From contig JAPLSO010000033.1 of NCBI GenBank assembly GCA_026398595.1, positions 25,028 to 89,027 of the forward strand: a DNA stretch of 64,000 nucleotides, written 5' to 3'. Below the pieces are notes generated by a model, which saw only the letters and a list, made by a program, of their open reading frames with translations, had not been told where the DNA came from and ran no database searches. Below, in pieces: positions 1 to 10,155 of the stretch; position 1 is the stretch's first letter; each line of letters opens with the position of its first letter. This stretch comes from Spirochaetota bacterium. Lineage in GTDB: Bacteria; Spirochaetota; Spirochaetia; Treponematales; Rectinemataceae. The position numbers and the translations under genes were made by a program.

Positions 1-19
1 CTTTTAATGATTCCTGGGG

Positions 20-2704
20 TTAGAGTTCGACGGCCTCAATCGATTCAATAAGGTACTGGAACTTGCGGTCGTGGATGGAGAAGGAGAGACGCTCACCCGC
101 CTTGTGATTGAAGAGTTTCTTGCCGAGGGGGGAGAGATAGGAGATGATGTCCTTGGCCGGGTCGGATTCCCAGGGACCCAAGATAGTGTAGACCTCCTTC
201 GTGTCGCTTAGTTCGTTGACGAGGGTTGCCTTGGTTCCGAAGGATATCTTGGATATCGAGATCGTTGATTTATCGAAGATCTGGGCACGTTCCAGTTCGT
301 TTTTCAGCTTGCCCACCTGCGCGTTGAGTTCGTCCTGCTTTTCCTTGGCCGCCTTGTATTCGGAGTTTTCCCGCAGGTCGCCCAGGGAGAGGGCGAAGGC
401 GATTTCCTTCTGGTTCTGGGGGACATCCACTTCCATAATGGAGGCGAGAAGCTTCTGCTTTTCCGCATATTTCTCGGCGGTCACGATGAGACCCCGCGAG
501 ACGGTCAGCTTCTCCTCCTCACCGAAGAAATGGAGGGTGGGATATTTCTCCGCTATCTTGTGCTTGAGGTCCAGCTTGATGGACGGGTCGATTTCCTTGA
601 TGTCCATCAGAAGGGCGTAGACACGCTCGATGGTCTCGACTTTAGTCTCAAGGAGGAACTTTTCGAGCACACCTTCCTTGAAAAGGATATTCTGGACGAG
701 GCGATTCACCTTGCGATTCTCTGTTGTGTCCTTGTGGTTATCGATTTCCTTGTAGGTGATGTCGAGGATATGGAGTAAGGTGAGCTGTATCTTCTCCCGT
801 ACGATGCCGAGTTCCTGGAACCAGGGCTTGTCGCGCATCGTATTGACGAGCCAGATGAAAGCTTCCCTGAAGTCGCGGTAATTCTCAACGACGTCCATGG
901 CCATTTTCTTGAGCTTGGCTGACTGATCGGCGGCTTCAAGGGTCTCGATCATCTTGGTCGAACGGGCGTAGGGGAGGAATTCGATGAAAATATCGGGCCA
1001 TCCCGGGATAAAATTCTTGATGTTCTGGACATAGGCGCCTCTCAAGTCGGCATCCTTGATGCGAAGGTAGATTTCAAGTGGATCCCCGATCGAGGTGAAA
1101 AGTTCGGAAAACTTCATCTGCAGACCTTGCTGGAACCGCTGGTGTTTGGCCGCGAAATCCTTCAATAGCAGGTAGGAGGATATCGACAACTCGTCCATCT
1201 CCTGGGAGGACTTGAGGAAACCCTGGAAGTAGCCAAATATCTCGGCGAAGTATTCCGACTCGAAATCGCCGGTTTCGAGAAAATCGCGGAAATACACGAC
1301 CCTGTCGAAGAAGTTCTTTTCAGCCTTGAATTGGTTGTAGACCTTCTCCTCGAAAGAAAGCGGCCGGTCCCTGACGATGAAGATGGAGATCTCGTCGGTA
1401 GTGTTTCCGAAGGATGGATCCTGCTTGAGGGCTTCCTTCGCCTTGGCGCTCCAGGAATTCCACTCACTAGTCGAAAGGACGCCGGGTACGAGCTCGGCCT
1501 TGATCCGCTTGATGTCTGCCCGGTTGTCGAAGCTCTTGATGATGATCTTGAGGGCCCAGGTGGGTTCGCTCTTCACTTTGTCACGGAGCTTCTCTTTGGG
1601 CCAGATCGCCTTGAGGACCCAGATGTGGTCCTTTGCCAGGGGCATGAGGCTGTCGATCGCCATCTTGAGGGACATCTTATGTCCCCGCGACTTCGCGAAA
1701 TCGATAGTCACCTCGTCGCCCTTGACGCTCGCGATGCGGCCAATGTTCCAGGTCCTGTGGAAGACATAGTTTCCTACGTCGAAGACAATGTGCTTTTCGA
1801 AATCGTCCATAGCCTCATGAAGGGAGCGGTAGGATTGGCTGATGTTCGAGTACTTGAGGTAGTCCGCAAGGCGCGAGTGCGAGGCATATTTCCCGGAGTA
1901 GCACTCGATGAGCTCTTTACGGATAGCAGGGTTCTTGTCGTCGTAGTCGATGACCAGCTTGAGTATATCCAGGGCCGTATTCCAGTCCTGAATGGATTTA
2001 TAGTGAGAATAGAGGTCCATGAGTAGAACAGCGGCCTTGTCCGGCGAGATGAGGGAAGCGATCTTCTTCTGGACGTGAAAGAAGTAGTCGATATCCTCAG
2101 GAGCGTAATCGACGAGCTTGAGCCAGATCTCCCTCACGTTGGTCGGCAGCCCCTTGTTGATATACCGGAGAAGAGCCTTCTTGTAATACTCGATCGCCTC
2201 GTCGCGCAAGCCCAGTTTATCCTTGCGCTCGGCGAGGAGCTTGACCACGTCGGCTTCCTCGTAATCGATCTTGGCGAGACGCTCGAGGATGGCAAAGCGT
2301 TCCTCGGCTTTATTCTCTTCCTCGTAGCATTCTGCGAGCCTCGAGAGGGCGATTCTGTTTTCACCGAAATCCAGAATTCTGAGGCAGATAAACTCGACGA
2401 GGTTGCCGCGCTTGCCTTCGGCGAAGAGGTCGAGTAGCTGGACGAGGTAGGATTCGTCGGCGGGCTGCTTCCTCAGTCCCGCGATGCCGGCGATATAGAG
2501 GGCTATCACCGAGGTCTTGGTATGGGAGAGATGTTCCTCACAGAGGACAACGATCTCATCGAGGCCACCTGAGGCCTCGGCTCCCTCGATGAGCGTATCC
2601 AGCTCTTTCAAACTGCTGGACGTATAGTTGGCAAGGGCAGTCCTTGTCCATTTTTCCTCATTGAGCATCTCTTGCACTTTACCTGCAAGTTCGGTTTCGG
2701 CCAT
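20..2704 (-). CDS. greA: Long-form transcription elongation factor GreA (about 730-aa N-terminal extension plus GreA/GreB C-terminal module)
   Basis: The C-terminal ~160 aa read LGDLRENSEYKAAKEKQDELNAQVGKLKNELERAQIFD ... GPWESDPAKDIISYLSPLGKKL. This is a Gre coiled-coil plus FKBP-like domain. About 900-aa GreA forms are known from Borrelia and Treponema. Confidence 0.8.
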   Translation of the reverse strand: MAETELAGKVQEMLNEEKWTRTALANYTSSSLKELDTLIEGAEASGGLDEIVVLCEEHLSHTKTSVIALYIAGIAGLRKQPADESYLVQLLDLFAEGKRGNLVEFICLRILDFGENRIALSRLAECYEEENKAEERFAILERLAKIDYEEADVVKLLAERKDKLGLRDEAIEYYKKALLRYINKGLPTNVREIWLKLVDYAPEDIDYFFHVQKKIASLISPDKAAVLLMDLYSHYKSIQDWNTALDILKLVIDYDDKNPAIRKELIECYSGKYASHSRLADYLKYSNISQSYRSLHEAMDDFEKHIVFDVGNYVFHRTWNIGRIASVKGDEVTIDFAKSRGHKMSLKMAIDSLMPLAKDHIWVLKAIWPKEKLRDKVKSEPTWALKIIIKSFDNRADIKRIKAELVPGVLSTSEWNSWSAKAKEALKQDPSFGNTTDEISIFIVRDRPLSFEEKVYNQFKAEKNFFDRVVYFRDFLETGDFESEYFAEIFGYFQGFLKSSQEMDELSISSYLLLKDFAAKHQRFQQGLQMKFSELFTSIGDPLEIYLRIKDADLRGAYVQNIKNFIPGWPDIFIEFLPYARSTKMIETLEAADQSAKLKKMAMDVVENYRDFREAFIWLVNTMRDKPWFQELGIVREKIQLTLLHILDITYKEIDNHKDTTENRKVNRLVQNILFKEGVLEKFLLETKVETIERVYALLMDIKEIDPSIKLDLKHKIAEKYPTLHFFGEEEKLTVSRGLIVTAEKYAEKQKLLASIMEVDVPQNQKEIAFALSLGDLRENSEYKAAKEKQDELNAQVGKLKNELERAQIFDKSTISISKISFGTKATLVNELSDTKEVYTILGPWESDPAKDIISYLSPLGKKLFNHKAGERLSFSIHDRKFQYLIESIEAVEL

Positions 2705-2717
2705 AAGGTTCTCCTCT

Positions 2718-3653
2718 CTACAATGCGTACTGCTGGAAGATATCCTCGTCCAGCACGCGGATCTTCAGCAGTATCTTATCGATGCGGGCGGAATCCGCGC
2801 CGATGGTCCTGTACTGGTCAGCCAACCAGAAATAACGGTTGAGAAGTCTCGGTTTAAGGGCCGCCGCCTGCGAGGGGTTCTCCCTCAACTCGTTCTCTAG
2901 CTGGAACATCGACGAGTTCAGCCGTGCGCTCTCCGAAGCGTTCAGTTCCCGCTTCGCGTCGAAGAGCCCGGTCAATTCTCCATATATGGGTATCCATTCC
3001 TTAATCGTTGTAGGGTCGTGGCCCGTTTCCCTCACCTTTTCGATGAGGATCCCGATCAGATCCGATTCGAGGTAGTCCAGTTCAACCGCCTCAGGAGCCA
3101 GAAAGAAGGCCTCCCTGAAAAGAGATTTTGAGAGACGTTGCTCACCCGAGAGAGCCTGGCAGTCGGCGAGTTCGGCCAGATATCGGCCTGAGTCCCTCTT
3201 GGCCGCGACCGCCTTTTCGAGATGTTTGAGCGCCGTCTCGTAGTCACCAAGGGCCTTCCTGCACCTTCCGAGCCTGAATTCTGCCTCAGGATCGGGCTTG
3301 GGCCGTGAATCCTCGGGCGCCGAGAGATAGGCACCTAGGGCCATGCCGAAGACCATACGCTTGAAGGCATAGGTCGCCATCTCTGAATCACCCGAAATCC
3401 TTGTCAGAAAGGACTTGAAGGTTTTCCATTTTGCGACGAGGAAATCCCCTCGTGCGAACGCGTCCTCCATGAGGTCGGCTTCCTTGGTCGGCTCACGCCA
3501 GAAGTTGCAGCACTTGAGGGCATAAAGCACTTCGCTTCGCTCAAAATCCTCGTGCAGAGCCTCATCGAAGAACTTCGATGCCGACTCGAGGTCGGTATTC
3601 TTGAGGCATTCATAGCCGAGCGCCAGGAGCGCGGAGACGTGGTCCTGGTTCAC
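2718..3653 (-). CDS. Hypothetical TPR-like helical repeat protein
   Basis: Clean 311-aa ORF 14 nt upstream of greA on the same strand. It has Ala/Leu/Tyr-rich helical repeats (ALKHLEKAVAAKRDSGRYLAELADC) and no recognisable catalytic motif. Confidence 0.55.
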   Translation of the reverse strand: MNQDHVSALLALGYECLKNTDLESASKFFDEALHEDFERSEVLYALKCCNFWREPTKEADLMEDAFARGDFLVAKWKTFKSFLTRISGDSEMATYAFKRMVFGMALGAYLSAPEDSRPKPDPEAEFRLGRCRKALGDYETALKHLEKAVAAKRDSGRYLAELADCQALSGEQRLSKSLFREAFFLAPEAVELDYLESDLIGILIEKVRETGHDPTTIKEWIPIYGELTGLFDAKRELNASESARLNSSMFQLENELRENPSQAAALKPRLLNRYFWLADQYRTIGADSARIDKILLKIRVLDEDIFQQYAL

Positions 3654-3813
3654 CTTCCAATTCCAATTTCAGTCATCGTCGTAGCTTATCATACTAACCG
3701 ATGGGCGATGGGATAGTCAATCGCAGGCTTTACCGAGAAAAGAAATCCTGGCCTTCCGCGGTACTGCGGACCCGCCAGTAGCGGATTTTTAGGAGCCATG
3801 GTACTATCCGGTC

Positions 3814-4488
3814 ATGGATTTTCCTTTGGTTGCGCCATCTATCCTCTCAGCCGATTTTTCGGACATTTCGGGCGCCCTCGCCATGATAGCGAACTCCGGT
3901 TCCGATCTCATCCATCTCGATGTCATGGACGGCCAGTTCGTACCGCCGATAACCTTCGGCGCGAAGATGGTGGCGGCTATTGCGGCGAAGACGAACCTTC
4001 CCCTCGATGTCCACCTCATGACCCAGACGCCAGAACGCCTCGTCGACGATTTCGTCGCGGCAGGGGCAAGCTATTTGACTTTTCACGCCGAAGCCTGCGT
4101 CCACTCCCACAGGCTGATCGAAAGAATAAGGGAAACAGGAACCAAACCCGGTATTTCAATCGTCCCTTCGACCCCGGTTTCGGCCATCGCCGAACTGCTT
4201 CCTTTTCTCGACCTCGTTCTCGTCATGACGGTGAATCCCGGGTATGGGGGCCAGAACCTCCTCCCTTTCTGCCTCGACAAGGTGGGGGAGCTGAAGGCCA
4301 TACGCCGTCGAAGGAGATTGAATTTCCTCATCTCGGTCGATGGAGGCATCGGACCTTCTACTATCGATTTGATCGCTGCGCAGGGACCTGACATTCTCGT
4401 TGTCGGATCGGCTTTTTTCAGCGCCGATTCGCCTCGCGATTTGGTGATGGGGCTCAAGAATGCCGCGACGGGATCAGTCATTTATTGA
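3814..4488 (+). CDS. rpe: Ribulose-phosphate 3-epimerase
   Basis: N-terminus APSILSADFSDISGAL...GSDLIHLDVMDGQFVPPITFG and C-terminal VDGGI...GPDILVVGSAFF are typical Rpe motifs. Confidence 0.9.
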   Translation: MDFPLVAPSILSADFSDISGALAMIANSGSDLIHLDVMDGQFVPPITFGAKMVAAIAAKTNLPLDVHLMTQTPERLVDDFVAAGASYLTFHAEACVHSHRLIERIRETGTKPGISIVPSTPVSAIAELLPFLDLVLVMTVNPGYGGQNLLPFCLDKVGELKAIRRRRRLNFLISVDGGIGPSTIDLIAAQGPDILVVGSAFFSADSPRDLVMGLKNAATGSVIY

Positions 4489-4537
4489 TTCTTTCGGGGG
4501 AGTCTGTTACCATTCCCGAAATCGAAATTAAAAAAGT

Positions 4538-5509
4538 ATGCGGAGAAAGACTGACATGATACGGAATAAACGACTCCTCCCCCTCATCGTCCTCCTCGTA
4601 TTGATTACTCCCTTTCTTTCAGCCCAGAGCTCCACCCAGCCGGATAGCGGAACGATCCTCTTCGCCAAGGGCGTTGATCTCTTCAAGCAGGGTATGTACA
4701 CCGAATCAGCCGATGCTTTTCATGCCATCTTCGAAAAGGAAGGGAAGAGGGAGCTGGGCATCGATGCCGCCTATCTCGAGGTGCTAGCAAGGGTAAATGC
4801 CGCCGAGTTCGCCAAGGCCCAGGAACTGGCCGATGTCTTCCTCGCCTCTTTTCCTGAAAGCGAGTACAAGGCCGACCTTCTGTATCAGCGAGGAAGGATA
4901 GCTTTCCAGTCCGGCGACTATCAAGAGGCTATCGCCCGATTTACCCATTTTATGGAAACCCAGGCAGGCAGCCCACTTTTATCATCGGCCCTCTTTTGGC
5001 GCGCCGAGAGCCTCTATCTGCTCGGCAGGACAAAGGATGCTTTCGAGGAGTATACCCGCCTCGCGAGCGAATACCCTGATTCACCCAAACTTAACCTTGC
5101 ACAATGGCGGCTTGAGCTCATTGGCGTCGAATCGAGGGCAGGCGTTCTGAAGCGCATCGTCGACTTCGACCAGGCACAGGGACTTCAGCGTCTCGAGGAC
5201 ACGGCTCGAGCCGATTTCCGGATGGAACGGGACCTCGAACGTGAACACCTGCTCATCATGACCCTACGCTCCTTGTATGGGTTCGCTGGATCCTGGAGAA
5301 TGCCGCTCTATGCGGAGAAGACTGTCATCGAGACGGTTCCGCCTCGCGCTCCGCCCCAGTCTGATCCTGCGCTCACTCAGGCCTCGGCCAAGGCCGCGAT
5401 GGAAATGGCCAAGGTCAATCGTCTCAAGGAACTCTTGGCCGCCAAGAACGCAGCTCTCGAGCTTTTAGCCCGCACCCTCCTGGCTTTCGCCGAGGGACTG
5501 ACGAAATGA
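4538..5509 (+). CDS. Secreted TPR-repeat protein (YbgF-like repeats)
   Basis: Signal peptide KRLLPLIVLLVLITPFLSAQS. Repeats follow, such as YQRGRIAFQSGDYQEAIARF and FWRAESLYLLGRTKDAFEEY. The start could instead be the internal Met at 4556. Confidence 0.6.
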   Translation: MRRKTDMIRNKRLLPLIVLLVLITPFLSAQSSTQPDSGTILFAKGVDLFKQGMYTESADAFHAIFEKEGKRELGIDAAYLEVLARVNAAEFAKAQELADVFLASFPESEYKADLLYQRGRIAFQSGDYQEAIARFTHFMETQAGSPLLSSALFWRAESLYLLGRTKDAFEEYTRLASEYPDSPKLNLAQWRLELIGVESRAGVLKRIVDFDQAQGLQRLEDTARADFRMERDLEREHLLIMTLRSLYGFAGSWRMPLYAEKTVIETVPPRAPPQSDPALTQASAKAAMEMAKVNRLKELLAAKNAALELLARTLLAFAEGLTK

Positions 5510-6537
5510 AAAGAACCCTTGCGATCCTCGCTCTCTTATTTGTCGGAGTCTCAATGCTTGCGGCTCTCGACGTCCGCGACGGTCTCGTACGCGTCGTCGT
5601 GGACGAGACCACTGGCAGATTGATTCTCTATCGCCTGACGACGGTCAAGGGTTCACAGTACGAAGCCCTTTTTTTTGATGATGACGCAAGGACGAGCTTC
5701 CTCTCCATTTCCCTGGACGGCAGGAAGATAAAGCTGGGCGAAAGCCAGGAATTCAAGATCAGCGCCAAACGCCTTTTAAATGGAGCCTCGATAGAGTTTA
5801 CGTCCCCTGTTCTCTCCCTGACCCAGCGTGTCGAATTCATTAAGTCGACGGATTCCCGTGTCTTTAACGGCTTCAAAATCTCCTATGAAGCGAAGAATCT
5901 GGGGAAGCGAGATTACAAGCTTTCGCTGAGGCAGATATGGGATACCCGGCTGGGAGAGAAGAGCGGAGTGCATTTCATCACGGGCAACCTTTCGCGCTTC
6001 GATACCGAGCAGATATTCCAGGGCGAAACCATGATTCCGTATTTGATCAGCCCCGGGGAGGCGGCCTCTCTTGGCCTCCTTCTCGACAAGCTCGCACACC
6101 CCGATATTGTCGTTGTCGCGAACTGGAAACGACTCTCTGACACTGCCTGGATGTACGATAATCCCATGAGGGGCTTTTCCCTCTCCCCTTATTCGATCAA
6201 TGACTCAGCCCTGGGTCTGTACTGGAACGAGATCATTCTCAAGGCGGGAGCCTCGCACGTCTTCATCCACTATTTCCTTACGGGCGGGGAAGGAAGAGAA
6301 TTTGTCAAAGACATGAAAACAGGGCTATCCATAGCAAACGAACAAATCGCTTCCCCTTTGGCCGCCACGACGACTTCGGCCAAGGACAAGCTCCTTCTCG
6401 ACATCGAGGAAATCAAGAAGATCCTCGTTTCCCTCGATACCGCCATCGAGACAGTGGATTCGGTCAAGGACGAGGAAGTCCAAACCCTTCTCGACAGACT
6501 CGCTTCCCTGGCGGCCGCGGCCGGAACAGAAAAATGA
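5506..6537 (+). CDS. Secreted hypothetical protein
   Basis: ATGA overlap with the upstream TPR gene. Has an N-terminal signal peptide (MKRTLAILALLFVGVSMLAA). No motif recognised. Confidence 0.55.
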   Translation: MKRTLAILALLFVGVSMLAALDVRDGLVRVVVDETTGRLILYRLTTVKGSQYEALFFDDDARTSFLSISLDGRKIKLGESQEFKISAKRLLNGASIEFTSPVLSLTQRVEFIKSTDSRVFNGFKISYEAKNLGKRDYKLSLRQIWDTRLGEKSGVHFITGNLSRFDTEQIFQGETMIPYLISPGEAASLGLLLDKLAHPDIVVVANWKRLSDTAWMYDNPMRGFSLSPYSINDSALGLYWNEIILKAGASHVFIHYFLTGGEGREFVKDMKTGLSIANEQIASPLAATTTSAKDKLLLDIEEIKKILVSLDTAIETVDSVKDEEVQTLLDRLASLAAAAGTEK

Positions 6538-6995
6538 GGGCCGTAGTCCAGCGCTGCTCCGCTGCCAAGGTGACGATTGAGGTCGGAGGAGCCGAAGTGG
6601 CGACAGGCAGCCTGGATAAAGGCCTTCTCGTCTATCTTGGCGTTGGTCGTGACGATGGGGAATCTGATTCCGCCTACCTTGCCGACAAGATCGCCAATCT
6701 TCGTATCTTCATGGATCAGGACGAAAAGATGAACCTCTCCGCCCTCGACCTCGGTCTAGGGGCTCTTGTCGTTTCCCAGTTCACGCTCTACGCCGACGCG
6801 CGAAAGGGCAGGCGTCCTTCCTATTCCGATGCCGCGGGCAATGAGGCCGCCCAAACCCTCTATGAAGAATTTTGCTATAAGCTGAAGGGCCTGGGTCTGC
6901 CAGTTTCGAAAGGCAGATTCGGCTCGATCATGCGTGTAAGCTATGTAAACGAAGGGCCAATCACCATTCTTTTAGATTCGAAAAAGCGGTTCTGA
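6534..6995 (+). CDS. dtd: D-aminoacyl-tRNA deacylase
   Basis: MRAVVQRCSAAKV...GLLVYLGVGRDD...SQFTLYADARKGRRPSYSDAA...NEGPITILLD matches the Dtd pattern. The start overlaps the upstream gene. Confidence 0.9.
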   Translation: MRAVVQRCSAAKVTIEVGGAEVATGSLDKGLLVYLGVGRDDGESDSAYLADKIANLRIFMDQDEKMNLSALDLGLGALVVSQFTLYADARKGRRPSYSDAAGNEAAQTLYEEFCYKLKGLGLPVSKGRFGSIMRVSYVNEGPITILLDSKKRF

Positions 6996-7007
6996 TCCCC
7001 GTATGCA

Positions 7008-7043
7008 GAAAGAAAGGCCGCCCCAGAAGGCGGCCTTTCTTCA
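7008..7043. terminator. Bidirectional hairpin between convergent dtd and ppdK
   Basis: gaaaggccgcc-ccagaa-ggcggcctttc forms an 11-bp GC-rich stem. It is flanked by an A-run on one side and a T-containing run on the other. Confidence 0.6.
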
Positions 7044-7092
7044 TATGTAGGTCCAGCGGACAGGGCCCTATCCGGGGCCCCGCCTACCAAAC

Positions 7093-10000
7093 TCAAACCT
7101 TTTTTGTCGAGCCCTTGGGCCTGCCGACGGAACGCTTGACCAGAGCCGGAGCCTTATTCGCGGCTGGCTTGGCTGCCTTGACGGATGCTTTTGCCGACTT
7201 CTTGACAAGGACCCTGGATTCGGCCTTGGGCCCGGGCTTTCTTCCACGTTTAGCCTTGGCTTCGACAATCTTCGTCGCCGGGGCCTTCTTGGCGCCAGGC
7301 TTCGCTGGGGCAACTGCGTTCTTTGCGGGCCGCCCGCGCTTCTTGGCCTGGGCTGCCGGCTTGGCTAGAGCCGCAAGTACAGCCTTAGCTGCCTGCTTCT
7401 TGGCCTTGGACGCCGGGACTGATCCTGCTGCTTTTGCAACTGCCGGTTCCCCCGCTTCTGCAAAGAGCTTCGCTTCAATCACGGCCTGGGCGGCGGCGAG
7501 CCGGGCTATGGGCACGCGGAAGGGGGAGCAGGAGACGTAGTTCATGCCTACGGCGTGGCAGAACTTGACGCTCCTGGCCTCGCCGCCGTGTTCGCCGCAG
7601 ATGCCGACCTTGAGCTTGGGGCGGCTGGTTCGGCCCAGCTGGATGCCCATCTTGACGAGCTTGCCGACTCCGGCCTGGTCCAGGCTGACGAAGGGGTCGA
7701 TCGCGAATATCGCCTTGCCGCCTTCCCTCTCTGACTTCACGTAATCGGGGAGGAAGCGGCCCGCGTCGTCGCGGGATAGACCGAGGGTCATCTGTGTGAG
7801 GTCGTTCGTGCCGAAGGAGAAGAACTCGGCTTCCTCGGCTATTTCGTCGGCGAGAAGGGCGGCGCGGGGGATCTCGATCATCGTGCCCACCATATAGCTG
7901 ATCTTGGAGGCGGCTTTTTTGATGATGGGGTCGGCGACGGCCCTTGTCTGGTCGGCGAGGATCTTGAACTCCTTCTTGTCGATGGTGAGGGGGATCATGA
8001 TCTCGGGCAGGACCTTGATGCCTTTCTTCTCGCAGGCGACCGCGGCTTCGATGATGGCCGTCACCTGCATGTCGAGGATCTCGGGGTAGGTGATGCAGAG
8101 GCGGCAGCCGCGGTGGCCGAGCATGGGGTTGGACTCGTGGAGCTGATCGCAGCGCATCCTGATAAATTCAGGGCTCTTGCCGGTAATCTTGGCGAGCTTG
8201 TTGACGCCCGCGTCGTCCTTGGGGGTGAACTCGTGCAGGGGGGGATCGATGAGGCGGATGGTGACGGGCTTTCCATCCATGGCCTCGAAGATACCCGCGA
8301 AGTCGCCCTGCTGGAAGGGCAGGAGCTTGGCGAGGGCCTTCTTCCTGGATTCCACGTCGTCGGCGATGATCATTTCCTGGATGGCGAGCTGACGTTTCTC
8401 GGAGTTGGCGGGAACCTTGAAATCCTTGAAGAACATATGCTCGGTCCTGCAGAGGCCAATGCCTTCGGCACCCAGCTCGATGGCCTTCTGCGCGTCGTGG
8501 GGAGCGTCGGCGTTCGTACGCACCTTGAGGGTCCTGATCTTGTCGCACCAGGAGAGGAGGGTCTTGAACTCCTTGGTCTGCTCGGGCTTCTTGAGGGGAA
8601 GGGAGGTGGCGAAGACCTCGCCCGTCGTGCCGTTGAGGGTGACTTCGTCGCCCTGCTTGAGGACCTTGCCGCCGACTTTGACGATCTTGGCCTTGTCGTC
8701 GATGTCGAGGGCCTCGCAGCCCACGATGCAGCACTTGCCCCATCCGCGCGCTACGACCGCGGCGTGGGAGGTCTTGCCGCCGGTAGCGGTGAGGATGCCC
8801 TGGGCGGCGAACATGCCGCCGACGTCCTCAGGTGAAGTTTCACGGCGGATCAGGATGGTCTTCTCGCCCTTGGCGGCCATTTCCTCAGCGTCGGCAGCGT
8901 TGAAGCAGAGTTTGCCTGCGGCAGCGCCGGGCACGGCATTTGTACCCTCAGCCAATTTGAGTTCCTTAAGCTTGGCTGCGCCGACCGTTGCGACGTCGAT
9001 GATGGGGTAGAAGACGCCCTCGATCTGCTCGGGGCTGATTCGGGAGATTGCCTCTTCCTTGGTGATGAGGCCTTCCTTGACCATGTCGACGGCCATCTTG
9101 AAGGCGGCCGAGGGAAGGCGCTTGCCGGTGCGGCACTGGAGCATGTAGAGCTTTTCGTCCTCGATCGTGAATTCGAGGTCCTGCATGTCCTTGAAGTTCT
9201 TCTCGAGAGTTTTGCGCACTTTGAGGAGCTGCTTGTAGGCCTTGGGGAGCTTGGTAGCCAGCTCAGCGAGTTTGAGGGGAGTGCGGATGCCCGCGACGAC
9301 GTCCTCGCCCTGAGCGTTGATGAGGCAGTCGCCGTAGAAGACGTTCCCGCCCGAGTTGGGGTCGCGGGTGAAGCATACGCCCGTGCCTGAAGTGTCGCCT
9401 TTGTTGCCGAAGACCATCTGCACGACGTTGACCGCCGTACCCTTGAGGTCGGTGATCTTCTCTACGCGCCGGTAGGTGACCGACTTGTCGGCCTCCCAGG
9501 AATTGAAGACCGCGTTAATGGCGCCCCAGAGTTGTTCCATCGGGTCCTGGGGGAAGTCCTGTTTCTTGAGTTTCTTGTAGAAGGCCTTAAATTCTGCACA
9601 CAGCACTTTCAGATTGTCCGCGGAAAGCTCGGTGTCATTCTTGATACCGAGGTTCTTTTTCATATCGGCGAGCATTTCCTCCATGGGCTCCTTGGAGAGT
9701 CCCATGGCGGTGGTGGAGTACATCTGGATGAAGCGGCGGTAGGAGTCGTAGGCGAAGCGGGGATTGCCGGTCTTGGCAGCGAGACCCTCCACCGACTGGT
9801 CATTGAGACCGAGGTTGAGGATGGTTTCGAGCATTCCGGGCATGGACCGCGCGGCGCCGGAACGAACGGAGACGAGGAGGGGATCGGCCGGATTGCCCAG
9901 TTTCTTGCCGTTAGATTTCTCGAGCTTGATGACGGCGGCTTTCACTTCGTCGACGATGGCCTTGGGAAGCTTGCGGCCGGACTTGAAATATTCTTCGCAG

Positions 10001-10155
10001 GCGGGGATGCCGATCGTGAATCCAGCGGGGACGGGAAGTCCAATTTTAGTCATTTCCATAAGGCCGGCGCCCTTGCCGCCGAGGATATCTTTGCTCATCC
10101 CGGCGCCTTCGGCGACGCCGCTTCCGAACTGATACACAAATTTCGATTTAGCCAT
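7093..10155 (-). CDS. ppdK: Pyruvate, phosphate dikinase with Lys/Ala-rich AT-hook C-terminal extension
   Basis: FGSGVAEGAGMSKDILGGKGAGLMEMTKIGLPVPAGFTI, GGKTSHAAVVARGWGKCCIVG (phospho-His loop) and GLCRTEHMF are canonical PPDK motifs. The last ~124 aa are K/A/P-rich. Confidence 0.95.
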   Translation of the reverse strand: MAKSKFVYQFGSGVAEGAGMSKDILGGKGAGLMEMTKIGLPVPAGFTIGIPACEEYFKSGRKLPKAIVDEVKAAVIKLEKSNGKKLGNPADPLLVSVRSGAARSMPGMLETILNLGLNDQSVEGLAAKTGNPRFAYDSYRRFIQMYSTTAMGLSKEPMEEMLADMKKNLGIKNDTELSADNLKVLCAEFKAFYKKLKKQDFPQDPMEQLWGAINAVFNSWEADKSVTYRRVEKITDLKGTAVNVVQMVFGNKGDTSGTGVCFTRDPNSGGNVFYGDCLINAQGEDVVAGIRTPLKLAELATKLPKAYKQLLKVRKTLEKNFKDMQDLEFTIEDEKLYMLQCRTGKRLPSAAFKMAVDMVKEGLITKEEAISRISPEQIEGVFYPIIDVATVGAAKLKELKLAEGTNAVPGAAAGKLCFNAADAEEMAAKGEKTILIRRETSPEDVGGMFAAQGILTATGGKTSHAAVVARGWGKCCIVGCEALDIDDKAKIVKVGGKVLKQGDEVTLNGTTGEVFATSLPLKKPEQTKEFKTLLSWCDKIRTLKVRTNADAPHDAQKAIELGAEGIGLCRTEHMFFKDFKVPANSEKRQLAIQEMIIADDVESRKKALAKLLPFQQGDFAGIFEAMDGKPVTIRLIDPPLHEFTPKDDAGVNKLAKITGKSPEFIRMRCDQLHESNPMLGHRGCRLCITYPEILDMQVTAIIEAAVACEKKGIKVLPEIMIPLTIDKKEFKILADQTRAVADPIIKKAASKISYMVGTMIEIPRAALLADEIAEEAEFFSFGTNDLTQMTLGLSRDDAGRFLPDYVKSEREGGKAIFAIDPFVSLDQAGVGKLVKMGIQLGRTSRPKLKVGICGEHGGEARSVKFCHAVGMNYVSCSPFRVPIARLAAAQAVIEAKLFAEAGEPAVAKAAGSVPASKAKKQAAKAVLAALAKPAAQAKKRGRPAKNAVAPAKPGAKKAPATKIVEAKAKRGRKPGPKAESRVLVKKSAKASVKAAKPAANKAPALVKRSVGRPKGSTKKV

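Noticed and set aside
7100-7470. Repetitive-looking DNA in the PPDK tail, the acidic-protein gene (56810..56915) and the ctc tail (59342..59408), checked as possible CRISPR or other non-coding repeat arrays.
   Set aside because: The periods are 9-15 nt with no spacers, and all lie inside open reading frames where they encode low-complexity peptide tails. No CRISPR-like repeat-spacer structure exists anywhere in the window.
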